The notes under the pieces: model-generated
Databases searched by the model: none
Seen by the model: the letters and a program-made list of their open reading frames with translations, nothing else
What the model was told of the DNA's origin: nothing
Shown here: piece after piece, positions 50,906 to 64,000 of the stretch
Numbering within the stretch: the first letter of the stretch is position 1
Layout: every line of letters starts with the position of its first letter
Position numbers and translations under genes: made by a program
Source of the DNA: Camelus dromedarius
Taxonomy: Eukaryota
NCBI RefSeq assembly: GCF_036321535.1
Contig: NC_087437.1
Span: 57,476,001 to 57,540,000, forward strand
DNA length: 64,000 bases
Direction: 5' to 3'

Positions 50906-51037
50906 AAAAAAATAGTGAACTACTTAGGCTCTCCCTCTTGCTAACCTGCCAGCAAGTCAGTATGTCCCAAACTGAACTTACCTTAAGTCTTGAGTTGACC
51001 CTTCTGCTCAGAACCTCAATGTACTCATCCTCCAAAG

Positions 51038-51697
51038 GGGAGTGAAAAAAATTGAAAGCCTTGTATACTGCTGGTGGAAACATAAAATGGTATAGCTGCT
51101 TTTGGAAACCAGTGTGACAGTTTCTACATTTAAAAATGTAGAACCACATGAGTAGCAATTCCATTCCTCAATCTGTACCTGAGAGAACTGAAAACATCTA
51201 TTCATACAAAACTTTCTGCACAAATGTTCATAATAGCATTATTAATAATAGCCAACAAGTAGAGACAGATGAAATGGTCATCAACAGATTCATAAATAAG
51301 GAAATGTGGTACATTCATACAATGGAATATTGTTCAGCCGTGAAAAGGAATGAAATACTGATGCTTGCTACAACGTGAATGAACCTTAGAAACATTATTT
51401 ATGCTCAGTGAAAGAAGCCAGACACAAAAGGCCTACTGTTGTATGATTCATTTTTATGAAATGTCCAGGGTAGGCAAATCTATAGAGACAGAAAGTAAAT
51501 TAGCGGTGGCCAGGGGCTGGGAGAGGATGGAGTAGGGGAGTGACTATTAATGGGGATGGGCTTTTGAGGGGAGAGAAAAATGTTCTAGAATTAGGTAATG
51601 ATGATGTTGTACAAACTTGTGAATATGCTAAAATTCATTACACTGTTCACCTGAAAAGGGTGAATTTTTTGTTATATGACTTTATCTCAGACAAAGA
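51038..51697 (+). mobile_element. L1MB-like 3' end
   Basis: aaatgtggtacattcatacaatggaatatt (MWYIHTMEY), agtgaaagaagccagacacaaaaggc, ggcaaatctatagagacagaaagta, aaatgttctagaattag. Confidence 0.88.
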
Positions 51698-53669
51698 CTC
51701 CAATGGCTCCTCATCGTCTCAATGAAGCCTCTAAACCTCCAACCTGGCACATGATACTCATTCTTCTGTAGCCCCTCTTTGTGTGTCCTACTCCCTAGCC
51801 TAAGTGGACCATTGTTCTTCTCAAGTACTAGCATTTGTTTTCCCCTGGTTTAAAGCATATTTCGTATATCTTTGCTTTCTGTGCAATTCCTATAACGTGT
51901 CACACAATGTCCTTACTCCATACTTGAACGCTAAGAGAGCAAACTTTTTTTTCTCAAAATCACAGTATGCCTTAATTTTTCCATGCAGCCATCTTTATTT
52001 GAAACATGAGCATGTGGAAGTCCTTAAAATAGGAATAAAGCAGGATTCTGTCCTTTGCAAAAATATCATAAAATATGCCATTACTGCAGCCATAAATAAA
52101 TAAATACACACCTAAGCACACTGCACACAAAAACCACATGCAGAGACACACGCATCTACAATAAAGGGATGAATAAGCAGAGCTTATCCAGTCTTACCAA
52201 CTCGCCTGTGTTCTCAAGCTGCAATCAGTAAAATAACTATTTTAGCAGCAATTATAGAAAGAGAGGTAAAACACAGGAAGCGCAGCTCTTGTACTTACTC
52301 ACATTTAGAAACTTAATCCCATATCCTGTGCCTCTGCCCTTAGCTTATGCAATATCCTTCCCTCTGTTCCTATGAGGATGCTGGTTCCATTTTCTCCCTC
52401 TCCAGAAGCAGACTAGTAAATAGAGTCAGTATCTGATATGTGTATTGATCGCTTCCTCTGCTCCCCTTTATCTGAGTATTGGAACATTGAAAACTGTTCA
52501 ACCAGAGAGAAAATATTACCTTCTACCTGGTAAAGCTAAAATTCAGTTTTTCTTAAAAATCTATCACACCACAGGAAGTTTAACAGGAGGTAACTAAGCA
52601 TATGCAACTGGAGGAAAAACTGACCGAAAATCAAAACAAAGCCTAGAAACGGAGACATTCCCAACTACCCATCATTGACAAATACAGGTCAACTACTACT
52701 CCTTGAAGTCCATGATACGTAGTCATTATTTTCCATTGGTACTTAATATGGATTAAACTTTAGCAAAAATGAAAATTGAGAAGCACTGAAAGAGAACTGC
52801 AAGAGCGAGAGGGAAACATTTTTTTAATGAACAAACTTTCAGTTTCTACTTTCTACTTTTCCATATTTTCGACAAGAGCATATATTACTTTAAAATGTCA
52901 TTTGTTTATAGGAAGTAAACAAATGATTAGAGAGGACATCAAGTGTATGTCAGTTACCATCAAGGTAAACTCTAAGTCCTGACATCATCATTCTGCTAAG
53001 CGTCTATATACACTTAGTCATGCCACACACTGCATTACAGACAGTAATGCTGAGTAGAAACTAAAATAGGTTAAATGTAACAAACTCTACTCTCATCACA
53101 ACTATATTCTGTCTGTTCAGCAAGGCTGCCAAGTCAACCTGTCAAGGCTCATCACCTTGGCACAGCAAACACAGGTGAGATCCTTAAAAATAATGGGAAC
53201 TTTATCACCATCACAATGCCCTGGGGCATTTTTTCCCCTCCAGAATAAGAAATGATACAATGTTGTAGTATTAAAGATAAAAGCAGAATCCAAGGGAAAA
53301 AATTCTACTAAAACTGGAGAGTCATACTCCAACGGAATCTACAATCCATGTTTGCTCAGGGCATCAGAACCGTCAAGACTGATATTAAAGAATATCACTT
53401 GCTCCACCGATTTACATTCTAGCATCGGTTACCTTATTTAAGTAACTATTTAGTACAACTAAATAGTTATACGTTAAGAATTCTGTGTCTAACTCTGTAC
53501 TTGAGAGAAAAGCAAGCAGGGAAACCAGGCATTATGAGAGTTGGTAAGTTTCCAGAGCTCAATCTTGTTTCTTCGGTTAATGTACTCTATTCTCACTGTA
53601 ATTTTGTAAGTTACATAGGCAGCATAATCTGCATTTTAGTGGATCCAAAACTTTCCAGCTGTATTGTGA

Positions 53670-53795
53670 GAGTCTCCAAACCACAACTAGGAGTGCTTTG
53701 AGAGCAAGGATGTTCCTATCCCAAGCATAAGCAGCCTGGCATCCGGCACAGTGTGACAGCACAATAAATTCTATGAATCTAAATTAATGAAATTA
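53670..53795 (+). mobile_element. L2 3' end
   Basis: tttgagagcaaggatg...ccggcacagtgtgacagcacaataaattctatgaat. Confidence 0.55.
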
Positions 53796-54523
53796 CAAAA
53801 ACCCCCTGAGCACTGGAGGGTTAAGCATACAGAATTAACTGATAGAAGACAGAGATTTAAACCCTAAAATGTCTTTCTACCTTACCAAGCCATATTGGCA
53901 TAGTGTTTATTTACTATATAGAACAAGAATTGGTGAGAAAACAAAAAATGATTTCTTCTTTCAGTTGTGCTTCAGGAATCCTTCACATTTGTTTTTTTTT
54001 TAAACTGCCTGTCCTCATTCACACAGGACATGGAGGAGCTAAAATTTGTATGCAGCTATTTTGGCTCCAATGTTTTTCTATCACCTCATAACTGTGTATT
54101 AGATAATCCTGTATGTCCTGATAATTACAAATTTTTATTTCTAAAATTGTTTTCAAAATAGTGTTATCAGGATAGAAGCCAAATATCACTTATTACTAAA
54201 TAACACAGTACAACAATTTTGAAAATTAATAACAGATCTGCAGACTGAGAAAATCAATTCAAATAGCATAAAATAAAGTCAATATAAATTCTTACGAAAA
54301 ATATGAAAATGGGTGTTATAAACAATCTGGATAATTAAGGAATATAAACTAAGACATATTATTCTCATACAGCTTTGGAACATTATATGAATGAAAAAGA
54401 TCTGTTCACAGAGTCTGAATAGAGTTCTTGTACCGTATTTACAGACTAGTAACACACTTGAAAAGTTTGAAAAAGTCAAGTTTACTTTAGTTTTCTCATC
54501 TGCAAAATAAATGTATCTCCTTT

Positions 54524-54858
54524 TAAAAAAATTTTTAAACCGAAGTATAGTTGATTTACAATGTTGTGCTAGTTTCAGATGTACAGCAAAGTGACTCAGT
54601 TATACATATAAGTGTGTGTATATATATTTTTTTTCAGGTTCTTTTCCATTATAGGTTATTATAAGATATTGAATATAGTTCCCTGTGCTCTACAGTAGGT
54701 CCTTGTTGTTTATATGTTTTATATGTAGAAATGTGTTTATGTTAATTCCAATCATCTAATTTACCCCCTGCCCCACCCCCACTCTTTTCCCCTTTGGTAA
54801 CCATAGTTTTTCTATGTCTGTGACTTTATTTCCAGTTTGCAAATAAGTTCATTTGTAG
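54524..54858 (-). mobile_element. Cetartiodactyl-type L1 3' end inserted into a MIR, with TSD
   Basis: gaagtatagttgatttacaatgttgtg...gatattgaatatagttccctgtgctctacagtaggtccttgttgttta...ccctttggtaaccata. TSD AT(G/A)TATCTCCTTT at 54511-54523 and 54859-54871. MIR sequence flanks both sides (ttttctcatctgcaaaat / ttgtaaaaattagatgaaa). Confidence 0.88.
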
Positions 54859-54979
54859 ATATATCTCCTTTCACATGTCCTATGTAACTGTTGTAAAAAT
54901 TAGATGAAACATTATGTGAGAAAGAATGTTGCAGTATTTAAAATGCTGTGCTTGTGGTGGAGCTTATTACCTAATACGT

Positions 54980-55110
54980 TGCTACCTCAACAGTGCAACC
55001 ATAACAACATCCCTAGGAACTGAACTGAACTGAGGAATCCCAGCCCCTACTCCAGACTTACTTAATCAGATACACATTTTAACAATGTCATTGTCCAATT
55101 TTAGGAATGT
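54980..55110 (+). mobile_element. MER5A-like fragment
   Basis: gaatcccagcccctactccagacttacttaatcagatacacattttaacaa. Confidence 0.55.
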
Positions 55111-58100
55111 GTGACTATCTCAGTCATGTGATGTGAAATGTAGGTGTCTCCATGGCCACCTATTCACACAGACACATATTTGCTGTTACTCTTTCATATT
55201 CTACTTAGGCCATTTCCCTACAAATCAAGAGTATGTTGATTTATGGGGTTTCTTTTGTTTAAGTTTTCTTGCATCACTCTGGCATATTTTACACTTCATA
55301 TCATTGGAGAGCAGGAATTGCCTTCGAATACTTAGTTCATTGGCTAAAAGACAAATATGTAAAATATACCTTGAGAAATAATGATGATAATATAATCTGG
55401 CAAAAATGAAAGAGAACATATGCCTTTGATGCAGAGCTAATAGTAAGAAACTCTCAGTAACAATAATTCCAATGCACCTGAAGATTCTCAGAATAGAAAA
55501 ATCAAAAGGTTTTTATTTAATATTCTTGTGCTTCTATGGTTAATTGTGATAAGATCTTATGTCAGATTGACCTGAAATTTCAGGTAGAATAAAAAGCTTT
55601 CTTCCTTTTTATCGCTTTATTTTTTATATTCATAAGGTTAAAAGCCTCAGTGTATAATTTTAAAAGAACAGGAGGAAGCCCTAAAATGCAACGAATGACA
55701 AATTAGATTAATTCCTTATATCAGGAAAGATGACCTCTCAGATAGTGAAAATAGAATTGAAAAATAAGGTTAGTAGATATGGTCTCAAAATTTCCAAAAT
55801 GAGAATTAAAGCTTTAATAAAACTAAACACTTTAAATTAAGGGTGACCTACTTAAGAAAATCATTTACCTTTCTAATCTTTGAGCACCTGAATAAAATAG
55901 TTTAGATTTATAGTCTCTAGACATTGCTAAATTTTGATTAAATATGAAAAACTGAAAGTTTACCTGGAATAGTACCCTTGATTAATTTTATTGTGAAGGA
56001 AAAACCTATACCATTCTCTCAGGCCCTGGCAATTATCTCTGACAGAATTCTGAATTCTCTTTATTTTAAATGCTGTTGATATATTATTGATGCAGCTTTC
56101 AGTCGTGCTGAATAAACCTTGAAATGCATAAAATATCTGAAAACGACTATTTGGACAGGTGACAGGTCCCTTTTTTACTAAGCTAATATTTAAAAATCAA
56201 GAGTCAGAGCATCAGCAGCATTGAGAGAAGATGACGTTATGAGTTATGATGTGCTGTGTAGAGCTCAGAATAAACACTTTAAATTTGTATTTTCATATAT
56301 TTAGGGTTGTTACAGCAAAAGGTGATGGATGTAAAAGTAGAAAACAATCATATAGCAAGACTACATTAATCAGCTCGTAGGATATGAATTATTGACCAGC
56401 AGAAAACAGACCAAACTCAGTACTGACTGCCCACTGCTTTTTATTAAATGCAGAGCTAATTTCTTAGATGGACTTGTAGATTCACTCCACCGCTGAATGC
56501 CTCAGACCTAGCTGACTCTAAACAAATACTCACATAATACCTCGAGAATTCAGTAGTGAATCAAATATATCTTTCCTTTTTCTTATGACTTTCCATTCAC
56601 AAGGGCATATTTTTGAAACTCAGACTTTAAGATGCATGGCCGCTCCTTCCCACTAACCATGAAGGTAATGGAGAAGGAACGAGTTTATCTATTAATCTGT
56701 AAGCTCTACTTGTTTCTCTAATGATCTGTATCTCCAGGGATGCGTTGATTTTTTTTTTTTCTCCAGACCTCAGTTTTGTTATCTGGAAAATAAGAGGGCA
56801 GGACTAAAAGAAAAAGAAATTTCATTAAATGGAAATACTTCAGTAATCTTCTTTGATGTGCATAAAAACCCTGCCACTAGGCAGCTCTGTAAATGGAGGC
56901 TCCGGCAAGGAAGCCTCCTAGATGGGAGTGAAGCTGGGGATGAATCCAAGGTCTTTCTATTACAAGTAAATATGTTGCTCTTTCCATCATCCGACAGCAG
57001 CTCCAACGGTTCCTGACGGTTCCAAAGTTTAACTCAGTGATCCTCTGGTCACCCCACACGTAATCCTTCTGAAAAACACCATCAATGGCAATCTTTGTAA
57101 AGTGCTGTGCTGTGACTCATGCCAAGTCAAGCCTAAGCTAATCTAATTCTCCCAAATCTAATGGGAAGTAAATTGCCTACAAACAGTACTCAGTTGAGAA
57201 GGCAGCCCAGCGTCCTGGAAAGAGCCGAGGTTTCAGAGTCATGCGGATCAAAGTCCCAATCCCAAAGAGCCTGCTCAGTGCAGAACTTGTCCCAGTCTTC
57301 CTACTTGCAAAAGACATAATGTCCACGTAGAGCATCTAGAAGTGTGCATGACTCAAAATATCAGTCAAGCCCAATAAATATCTAGAGGATGAATGACATG
57401 CTAGCTCTTTTCCATTCTCTGTTTGGCTTGTATATAAATGATAGCACTCGCGATAACACCATTGAAGATTAATGGTAAGGAAAAAATGATAAAAACGAAT
57501 TTATTTTGTTTGTATTACTCAGAACTACGGTATCTCAGAACTACTGATTTCAATAGATTTCAAAAACATTTCAATGTTTTTCCAACTAAGAAACTAAAGA
57601 CAAATCTCTGAACTCCTACACTGAATTTTAGTGAAAAGAATGATGATGGGGGAAGTTACTGCAACTCAGTCTGCTCTTTTAATACCAATTTGGGGCAAAA
57701 CTATTAATTGTGTGGAGCTTACCCAAGCCAAGAGCTCTCCAAGTGGGTGACAGATTGCTAATCCTGCCAACCATGTAAACTCAAAACACAAGTAAGTTTA
57801 AGGTTGGAAAGCCCAGTGAGTATCTGAAGGCTTTGTGGGAGCGGGGTAGAATAAAAGGCAAAGGAGCTGTATTTGACAGTGAGTGTGCAGGGATGGAGAT
57901 CTCAGAAATAATGAAGTCTCTTCATGGAAGTTCACGATCCAGCCTTGCCAGCAGAACAGAACTCAACAAGGAAAGTTGTCTTATAAATTTTTCATAGACT
58001 TTGTGCAGGTTAAATCCCTACCCTTATGGAAATCCATTAGAGTGCTGAAGGCTCAGAGGAAATAGGGAAAAACAGGTGCATTCATGCTTGATTCTTCCAT

Positions 58101-59261
58101 ATGTTTGTTATTCAATAGAAGCACAATGAGTGATGAATCTTATATCTTTTTATCATATATTGGAGAGCTTTTTGGATTTTTCTAGCCCGGTAGTGAAAAT
58201 AATTGTCATCCAGAAAAGATAAGTGAAATCAGTGTTAGTCTAAGGCTATGATGACTTGCCTGGTTTTCCCTAATTCCACACATCTACCTAGGAACCTCCA
58301 CTTTTCACTGAATTGAGATGATTTTCTGATGATAAAGTTGTTTCTTACTCTGAAAACCAATTTAAATATGTTTACCTGCTACAAATAAGGATGATTACAT
58401 GCAACAATAAATACGAACGTAGCTCGTATTATATGTAAAAGATTTCGCTAGGAGTTTCAAGGGATAAAATGACAAACCAGCAGTATTTGCTGACTTTAAG
58501 GTTTGTGGCATCTAGTAAAATAGATGACCTAGTGCACAATGATGATATCACAGTTTTCCATTTCCATCCACCTGAATCCTGTTCCCTCCGAGTTTCCCAT
58601 GTCCTAATCCTTCAAGGCTCAGCTTAAATCCTATGAGAAACTTAGCTGGATACCTTGTCAGAAAAAAAAAAGAAAAAGAAAAAAAAAAAAAACCTCCAAT
58701 TTCTCAGAGCTCTTCATCTCTATTTTTTAATATTACTTATAATTTCTCATTTTATGATAGCATCATTATGTTTTTGGCCACAAAAAGGACATTGGTTTTA
58801 TCTTTTAAGATATATCCCTTTAAAGCAACTAACCTCAAGGATAAAGAAAGGATCCTTTGGGGCTGTCAGGAAATAGAAACAAGTCAATTACAAGAAGGGA
58901 AAAATAACGTTGACCTTAGATATCCATAGAGCGACATTCAATCCTAGAAGGCAGTGGCACCATGCCCACAGAAATCTTCACGGGAAGAAAATAACGCAAG
59001 TATTTCCTATCCAGCCACAGTGTTGTTCAAGCACAAATACTAACAGAAAACAATTTTTAACATTCAAGAATTCAGGGGACATTGCTCCCATGAGTACTTC
59101 TTGAGAAAGAATTTCATTCAGCAAAGAGATATTTTTTAGAAGACTACACAAAAAGGTAAGTACAGAAAGTTCAACCTACTTACTTGCGGCAGCAAGATTT
59201 AAACATATGCAAGGATTAAAGTGACCACAGAGACTGTAAACGCTACATACCCTGACCACGG

Positions 59262-59277
59262 GCGGGAGAGGGCGCTA
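59262..59277 (+). promoter_or_regulatory. Weaker candidate CTCF motif
   Basis: GCGGGAGAGGGCGCTA: good 3' half (AGAGGGCGCTA), two mismatches in the 5' half; CpGs retained locally. Confidence 0.35.
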
Positions 59278-59431
59278 GTATGGAGGTTTTCTCACCTCAA
59301 TACCTGGGCTGAAAGGTATTTTTAATTCTTCAAAATAAGTAATGGGATATAAGAATATTTAATAGCTCAAAGTAAAACACTAAGAAAGATTATGTAATTA
59401 ACTGAAATCAGGTGAAGGAGTAGAGGATAGG

Positions 59432-59555
59432 GGTAACTTATGGTGAAAAAGAATATGAAAACAAATATACGTATGTTCATGTATGTATGTATTATGCTGT
59501 ACATTAGAAATTAACACAACATTGCAAGCTGACTATACTTCAATTATATATATAT
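59432..59555 (+). mobile_element. Short camelid-type L1 3' tail
   Basis: gaaaaagaatatgaaaacaaatatacgtatgttcatgtatg...gctgtacattagaaattaacacaacattgcaagctgactatacttcaat. Confidence 0.8.
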
Positions 59556-59629
59556 GAGGAAAAACTTCTTATTCCATCATTGGTTATAGTGGAGAATCAA
59601 ATATCGTTTAAAGAAATAGAGGATTGAAA

Positions 59630-61110
59630 GTATTTAGAATATAAAAGTCATACTATGTCAAGAATATCAGTGTTCCAATTATCAGAAGCAACACATAACT
59701 GCACACACACATAGCCTACAGCAAGGAAAAAGAGGGCAAAAAGCTTTAAAGACAGAAGAGCATAACATGAAATAACATCCAATTAATATTAAATACATAT
59801 TCCCTGATAATAGCACCGAGAGGGCAGAGTGGTCTGTTTTGCTCACTGCTGTGTCCCCAACATCTGGAATAGTGTCTGGCTCTTGACTGGAATGAAAAAA
59901 AGTTCTTTAAAGAATAAAATGCATATAGGCCAAACTCACAATTAAAGAAAAATATTTTCAAGTTGCAGCAAGCAGCAAAACCCACTCTGTACTATATAGA
60001 AGAAAAGCACCTAAAACAAAGTGCTTCAGAAAATTTGAGATTAAAAAATGGAAAAAATATACCAAGCGAATGCAAACAACAGAACAAAAGTTATCACTGT
60101 AATAATAGGGTGAATTCAAGGCAACAAGGAAAGTTCTTAGAAAATTCAAAGAACTGTCGTTACAAGTTACAAAAATAAACATTTAATGAAACTATGAAGA
60201 CTAAAGAGCTACGATTAGACAGGCACCAAGTAGCAGAGAAGCAACAACATTCATACATTTAAGCATGTAATAAACACGGCAGACCAAAATAAAACTGAGA
60301 ACAGACCTTCTTTCCTAGTGGCCACTGAATATTCATAAAAATTGACTTGTTTATGGTTATGCACAAAACACAGATAACATCAAAACAGGAAAAGAGTAAC
60401 GACAACATTCTCTGATCACATATTGACAGAACTAGAAATTAACAATGAAATTAGAAAGCAACACCTGATACTTTAAAATATTCTTACTTACACCTTCAGT
60501 CAAAAAAGAGATTAATACCCAAATTACACAATATCTCAAAACCAATAGTGAAAATAAACTGTATCAGAGCCTGCGGGACCCAGCAGAGACATTGCTGAAA
60601 GAAGTCAGTCATTGCATTAAATATTTAGGAACATAAGGACATAAGTAAGGAAGATATTAATTAAGCAAATATGTACACTTAGTGACGCCACTATTGTTTA
60701 TAATAGCAAAAACATGAAGCAAATCTTCACCGACATGGGACTGATAAAATCACGAACGGCAAAGACGACAACGCAATACCACACGACTCACAAAGTACAG
60801 AAACTTCCTGTGCACTGATACGGAACAATCTCCAGGTAATACAGTCAAGTGCAAGGAGCAAAGTGCAGCAATAGTGTGGAGAGTGTCTGTCTTTTGAAAC
60901 CAAGTGGAGTAAACAGACCTACCTGATTATATATGAAAACAAAACAGAACTCTCTGCCCCACACATAAGAACATTAGAATCTTGGTGGCCGGTAGGAAAG
61001 AGTGGCTGAAGACAGGTGGAATGGAGATTCTCACTGAATACTGTTTTATATCTTATATGTTTGAGTTAAATAAATATCTTACCTCTTCAAAAGGGAATAA
61101 ATCACTTTAA
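59630..61110 (+). mobile_element. Old L1 (EN region, then L1ME-like 3' UTR) with a nested L2a 3' end at ~59810-59910
   Basis: EN-like aaaatggaaaaaatataccaagcgaatgcaaac; acattctctgatcaca...aactagaaattaacaa; 3' UTR ttgtttataatagcaaaaa. L2a piece gagggcagagtggtctgttttgctcactgctgtgtccccaacatctggaatagtgtctggc. Confidence 0.7.
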
Positions 61111-61504
61111 AGTATTGACAAAAGTTTAGTTTGATAAACATGAAAGAAGACATGCACAATAAGATCAAATGAAGCCAAAACAAATGCTGATTTTAAAATC
61201 CAGAATCTAAGCCTAGATGATACGTAATTTTTTTAATTTAAAATTCATGTTGCTAGATACACCCAACAGATAGAGCTATCAATCCAGTTCTACCTTCTTC
61301 ATCCAGAGCAACCCAAGTCTGAGTTTTCTCTGAACCCAATGGTTATTTTCTGTACATGGACAGAATTCTATCTCTCAAACAAAGCAACATTTTCCCCTTT
61401 TGAAGATTCCAATTCTGAGATCCTATGGGATGTCCCTTACGGCTAGGTGTGAACCCCCCAAATATTTAAGCAGGCAGTTATTACGTATTTGATCAAGCAC
61501 ATTT

Positions 61505-61775
61505 GAATTATTTATTCAGCGAACATTTATTGGCTATCAATTACATGCTAGGTAGGATGCAAGGCACTGAAACAGAAAGATGCAAAGACATGGTCTCCAC
61601 TCTTAAGGAATCGTATGGTAGTCATCCAGGGAGACGAGGAAATGGCAGAATTTAATGCAGTTTGATCTGTGTTAGAGTAGCAGTCATGAACAGTAAGTAC
61701 AACGGAGGGCTAGAAGAGAGAGTCAACAACAATTCCTGGAGATGTAGAAAGGGCTTCACAAATTGGAGGACATTC
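61505..61775 (-). mobile_element. L2 3' end
   Basis: ttattcagcgaacatttattgg...agacatggtctccactcttaaggaa...aaagggcttcaca. Confidence 0.7.
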
Positions 61776-64000
61776 CACCTCTGCCAGACCTCCTAAAGTC
61801 AGAGTGACAGCCAAGCCCTTGCTTTGAGGTACTTAACTACTAAACAACCTAATAAACATAATAGTGAAAAAAAAGAAAGTGATTGCTGTAATGAATGAAG
61901 CTCTGATTTCACGATTGGAGATTTCCATTTCATATCCATTTTATTCATCAACTTTCTATAAATTGCCTTAGGAAAGTGTAGGGATTGTGTCAGTAGCCAT
62001 CAAAACCAAAACATTAGGTACTTTGGGAGAATTCATACCCAAATCTCTAGAATTCCCAGTCCAGAATTTTCTAACAAATCTCATCTCATTAGAAAATTCC
62101 ATGTTATTTAATACCTTCAGAACATAAACCCAGTTTCAAAATATCTACCAGAACTTATAGCTTTTGTTTTAAGATGGTTCCTCAAAAAGCATGCTCGAAC
62201 CCAAGGAATTGTAATCTTCAAAAGGGTAAGAAAACCTAAAACAACTTGAAGGAACAAAACAGAATGTTGCGGATAAAAGCCTGGTGAGGTGAGAAAGTGC
62301 TGAGACACTGAAAAGAGCTGCGTGCCCAATCCTGTAGGCACGTTTCCAGTCTAGTCCCAGATACTCAACAAGCAGATTTGCGCATTTGGCATGCCCAAAA
62401 GACTTCAGCCTTGAATAATTGTTTCTTCCCTGTAAAGTATTACATTGGTAAGTAATTTTGTCTTTCTACCTGGCTACAGAAACATTCATTCAGAGTCTAT
62501 TAGCTTAAAGGTTATTATGTTTTGCAGTTATCCATGTATGCAATCGGATTTGGCTCTATCAACTCTGCTCACCTCATAGGCATGCATACAATACTATTTA
62601 AAGGTCAGCCAACTTTCTCCCTGTCAAAACAGCTTAAGGAGAGAATACCAGCAATGTGGGTCTGTACGGTGGCACGTGGCACGTATTTTGCTGACAGCTT
62701 TCTGAAATCCACACCTAGAGATCCAGGAGCAAGACAATTCTGGGTCGAGAATTTAATTAATGCTTCTATTATAGGTTTATTGATTCTACCATATTTAACG
62801 AGGAATGTATGAAAAATCAAAGATGCTAAATCTGGAAAGGACTTACGTAAGAGATAGTCAACAACTTCTGTGTGGCTTAGTGGAGAAATTAAGACCAAAG
62901 GAGTGAAGTGAATTTTGGTTCTAAATAAGACCTTACCATTACTGAGGGATGTTGAAAATGGAAAATGTTTAGCCTCTGAAACAGAATTCCTGCCACATGG
63001 GTAAAGCAGATGATAGATAAATACCTACATGTTCTTTATGAGGACCCATACACTGCCAGTGCTTAATAAATTAAACTACATGACCCTTCAACACTCCCTC
63101 CTTTTATATTTTATGATCAGTCATGATAATTCTCAGGGAGGGATAAATGGCTCAGCAATTCTTTTCTGTTGCATACTACTGTCTCTTATCAACGGAGCCA
63201 AATTATCAACATCAGTTTCCCAGGGAACAAATTTTACCCAACCATGAGGTACCATATACAGACTCAAAAGAGGCTGATATAAAAATCACAAATGGGGAAT
63301 GAATAAACAGTCATTAAAAACCTAGACATGTTTAAGATATACACTGAATTTGAAACACTGTCATAGAGAACAATCTTGATAGTTCTCAAACCTGTTTTCT
63401 GAAGCTATTTTAAGATACATAGATGTGGCCCAATATGGAAGTTTTCATGTTCTCCTTGCAACTGATTTCACCTGACATTTTCAAGTTATCTGAATATAGG
63501 AAGTGTCACTGTTCATGTTGCACAAGTGTTAACACTGAATGTACTTATCACATTCTCCAGAACATGGCTTTAAGCTATTCTAAGTATTTCAGACAATTAA
63601 AGCTTTTTAAATTATCCATAGTTTCCCTTTAACTTTGTTTAATAGCATTCCAGACTAATAGTAATGATAAAATCTTCAGGTAGTAATGCTTTAGAAGGCA
63701 CAGTATTATTGCCTAACATAACTAAATTGGTCTATCATCAATTCCTACCGAGTTGACGAATCATATTTACTGTAGCCACTTTCTATCTACCATTACAACT
63801 GGTGATTATTCATTGTTTAGCCAAGAGTTTTCAGTACTTTAGTTTTAGCAGCCATTCTGGACTCAACATGAGGCTTGGTTATCAAATGCATAAGTCACGA
63901 TGAATCAGCCCCCCGCGACTAAAATGGAACGGTTCTAATTATTAAACAATGAATGTGGTGGCATTTTTTTATTGTAAAGCCTAAAGAAATGCAGCACCCT

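Noticed and set aside
50977..50985. Strong sense-strand donor AAG|GTAAGT suggesting an L1-derived cryptic exon
   Set aside because: Isolated consensus donors are common in long introns; no convincing paired acceptor or reading frame.
62064..62099. 11-bp inverted repeat GAATTTTCTAA / TTAGAAAATTC
   Set aside because: AT-rich and short; plausible by chance in 64 kb and too short for a miRNA hairpin.

Overview
Mammalian genomic DNA, AT-rich and CpG-depleted. It is most likely camelid, judged from a Vic-1-type tRNA-derived SINE and cetartiodactyl-type L1 3' ends. The only coding sequence I can support is one 199-bp internal exon of FGF12 (FHF1) on the minus strand at 153-351, with canonical splice sites. 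The remaining ~63.6 kb appears to be part of the long upstream FGF12 intron, filled with decayed L1, L2, MIR, MaLR LTR and hAT DNA-transposon fragments. The other ORFs in the track are chance ORFs or L1 remnants. I found no novel coding system. The most interesting signals are non-coding: a candidate recursive splice site (TAG|GTAAGC behind a ~70-nt AG-free U-rich tract), two locally templated insertions (46 bp and ~100 bp) copied from nearby downstream DNA, a twin-priming-type inverted L1, a micro-inversion inside an L2, two CTCF-like motifs, and a strong antisense bias of L1/LTR insertions. Repeat family names and boundaries come from recalled consensus sequences and are approximate unless TSDs are quoted.
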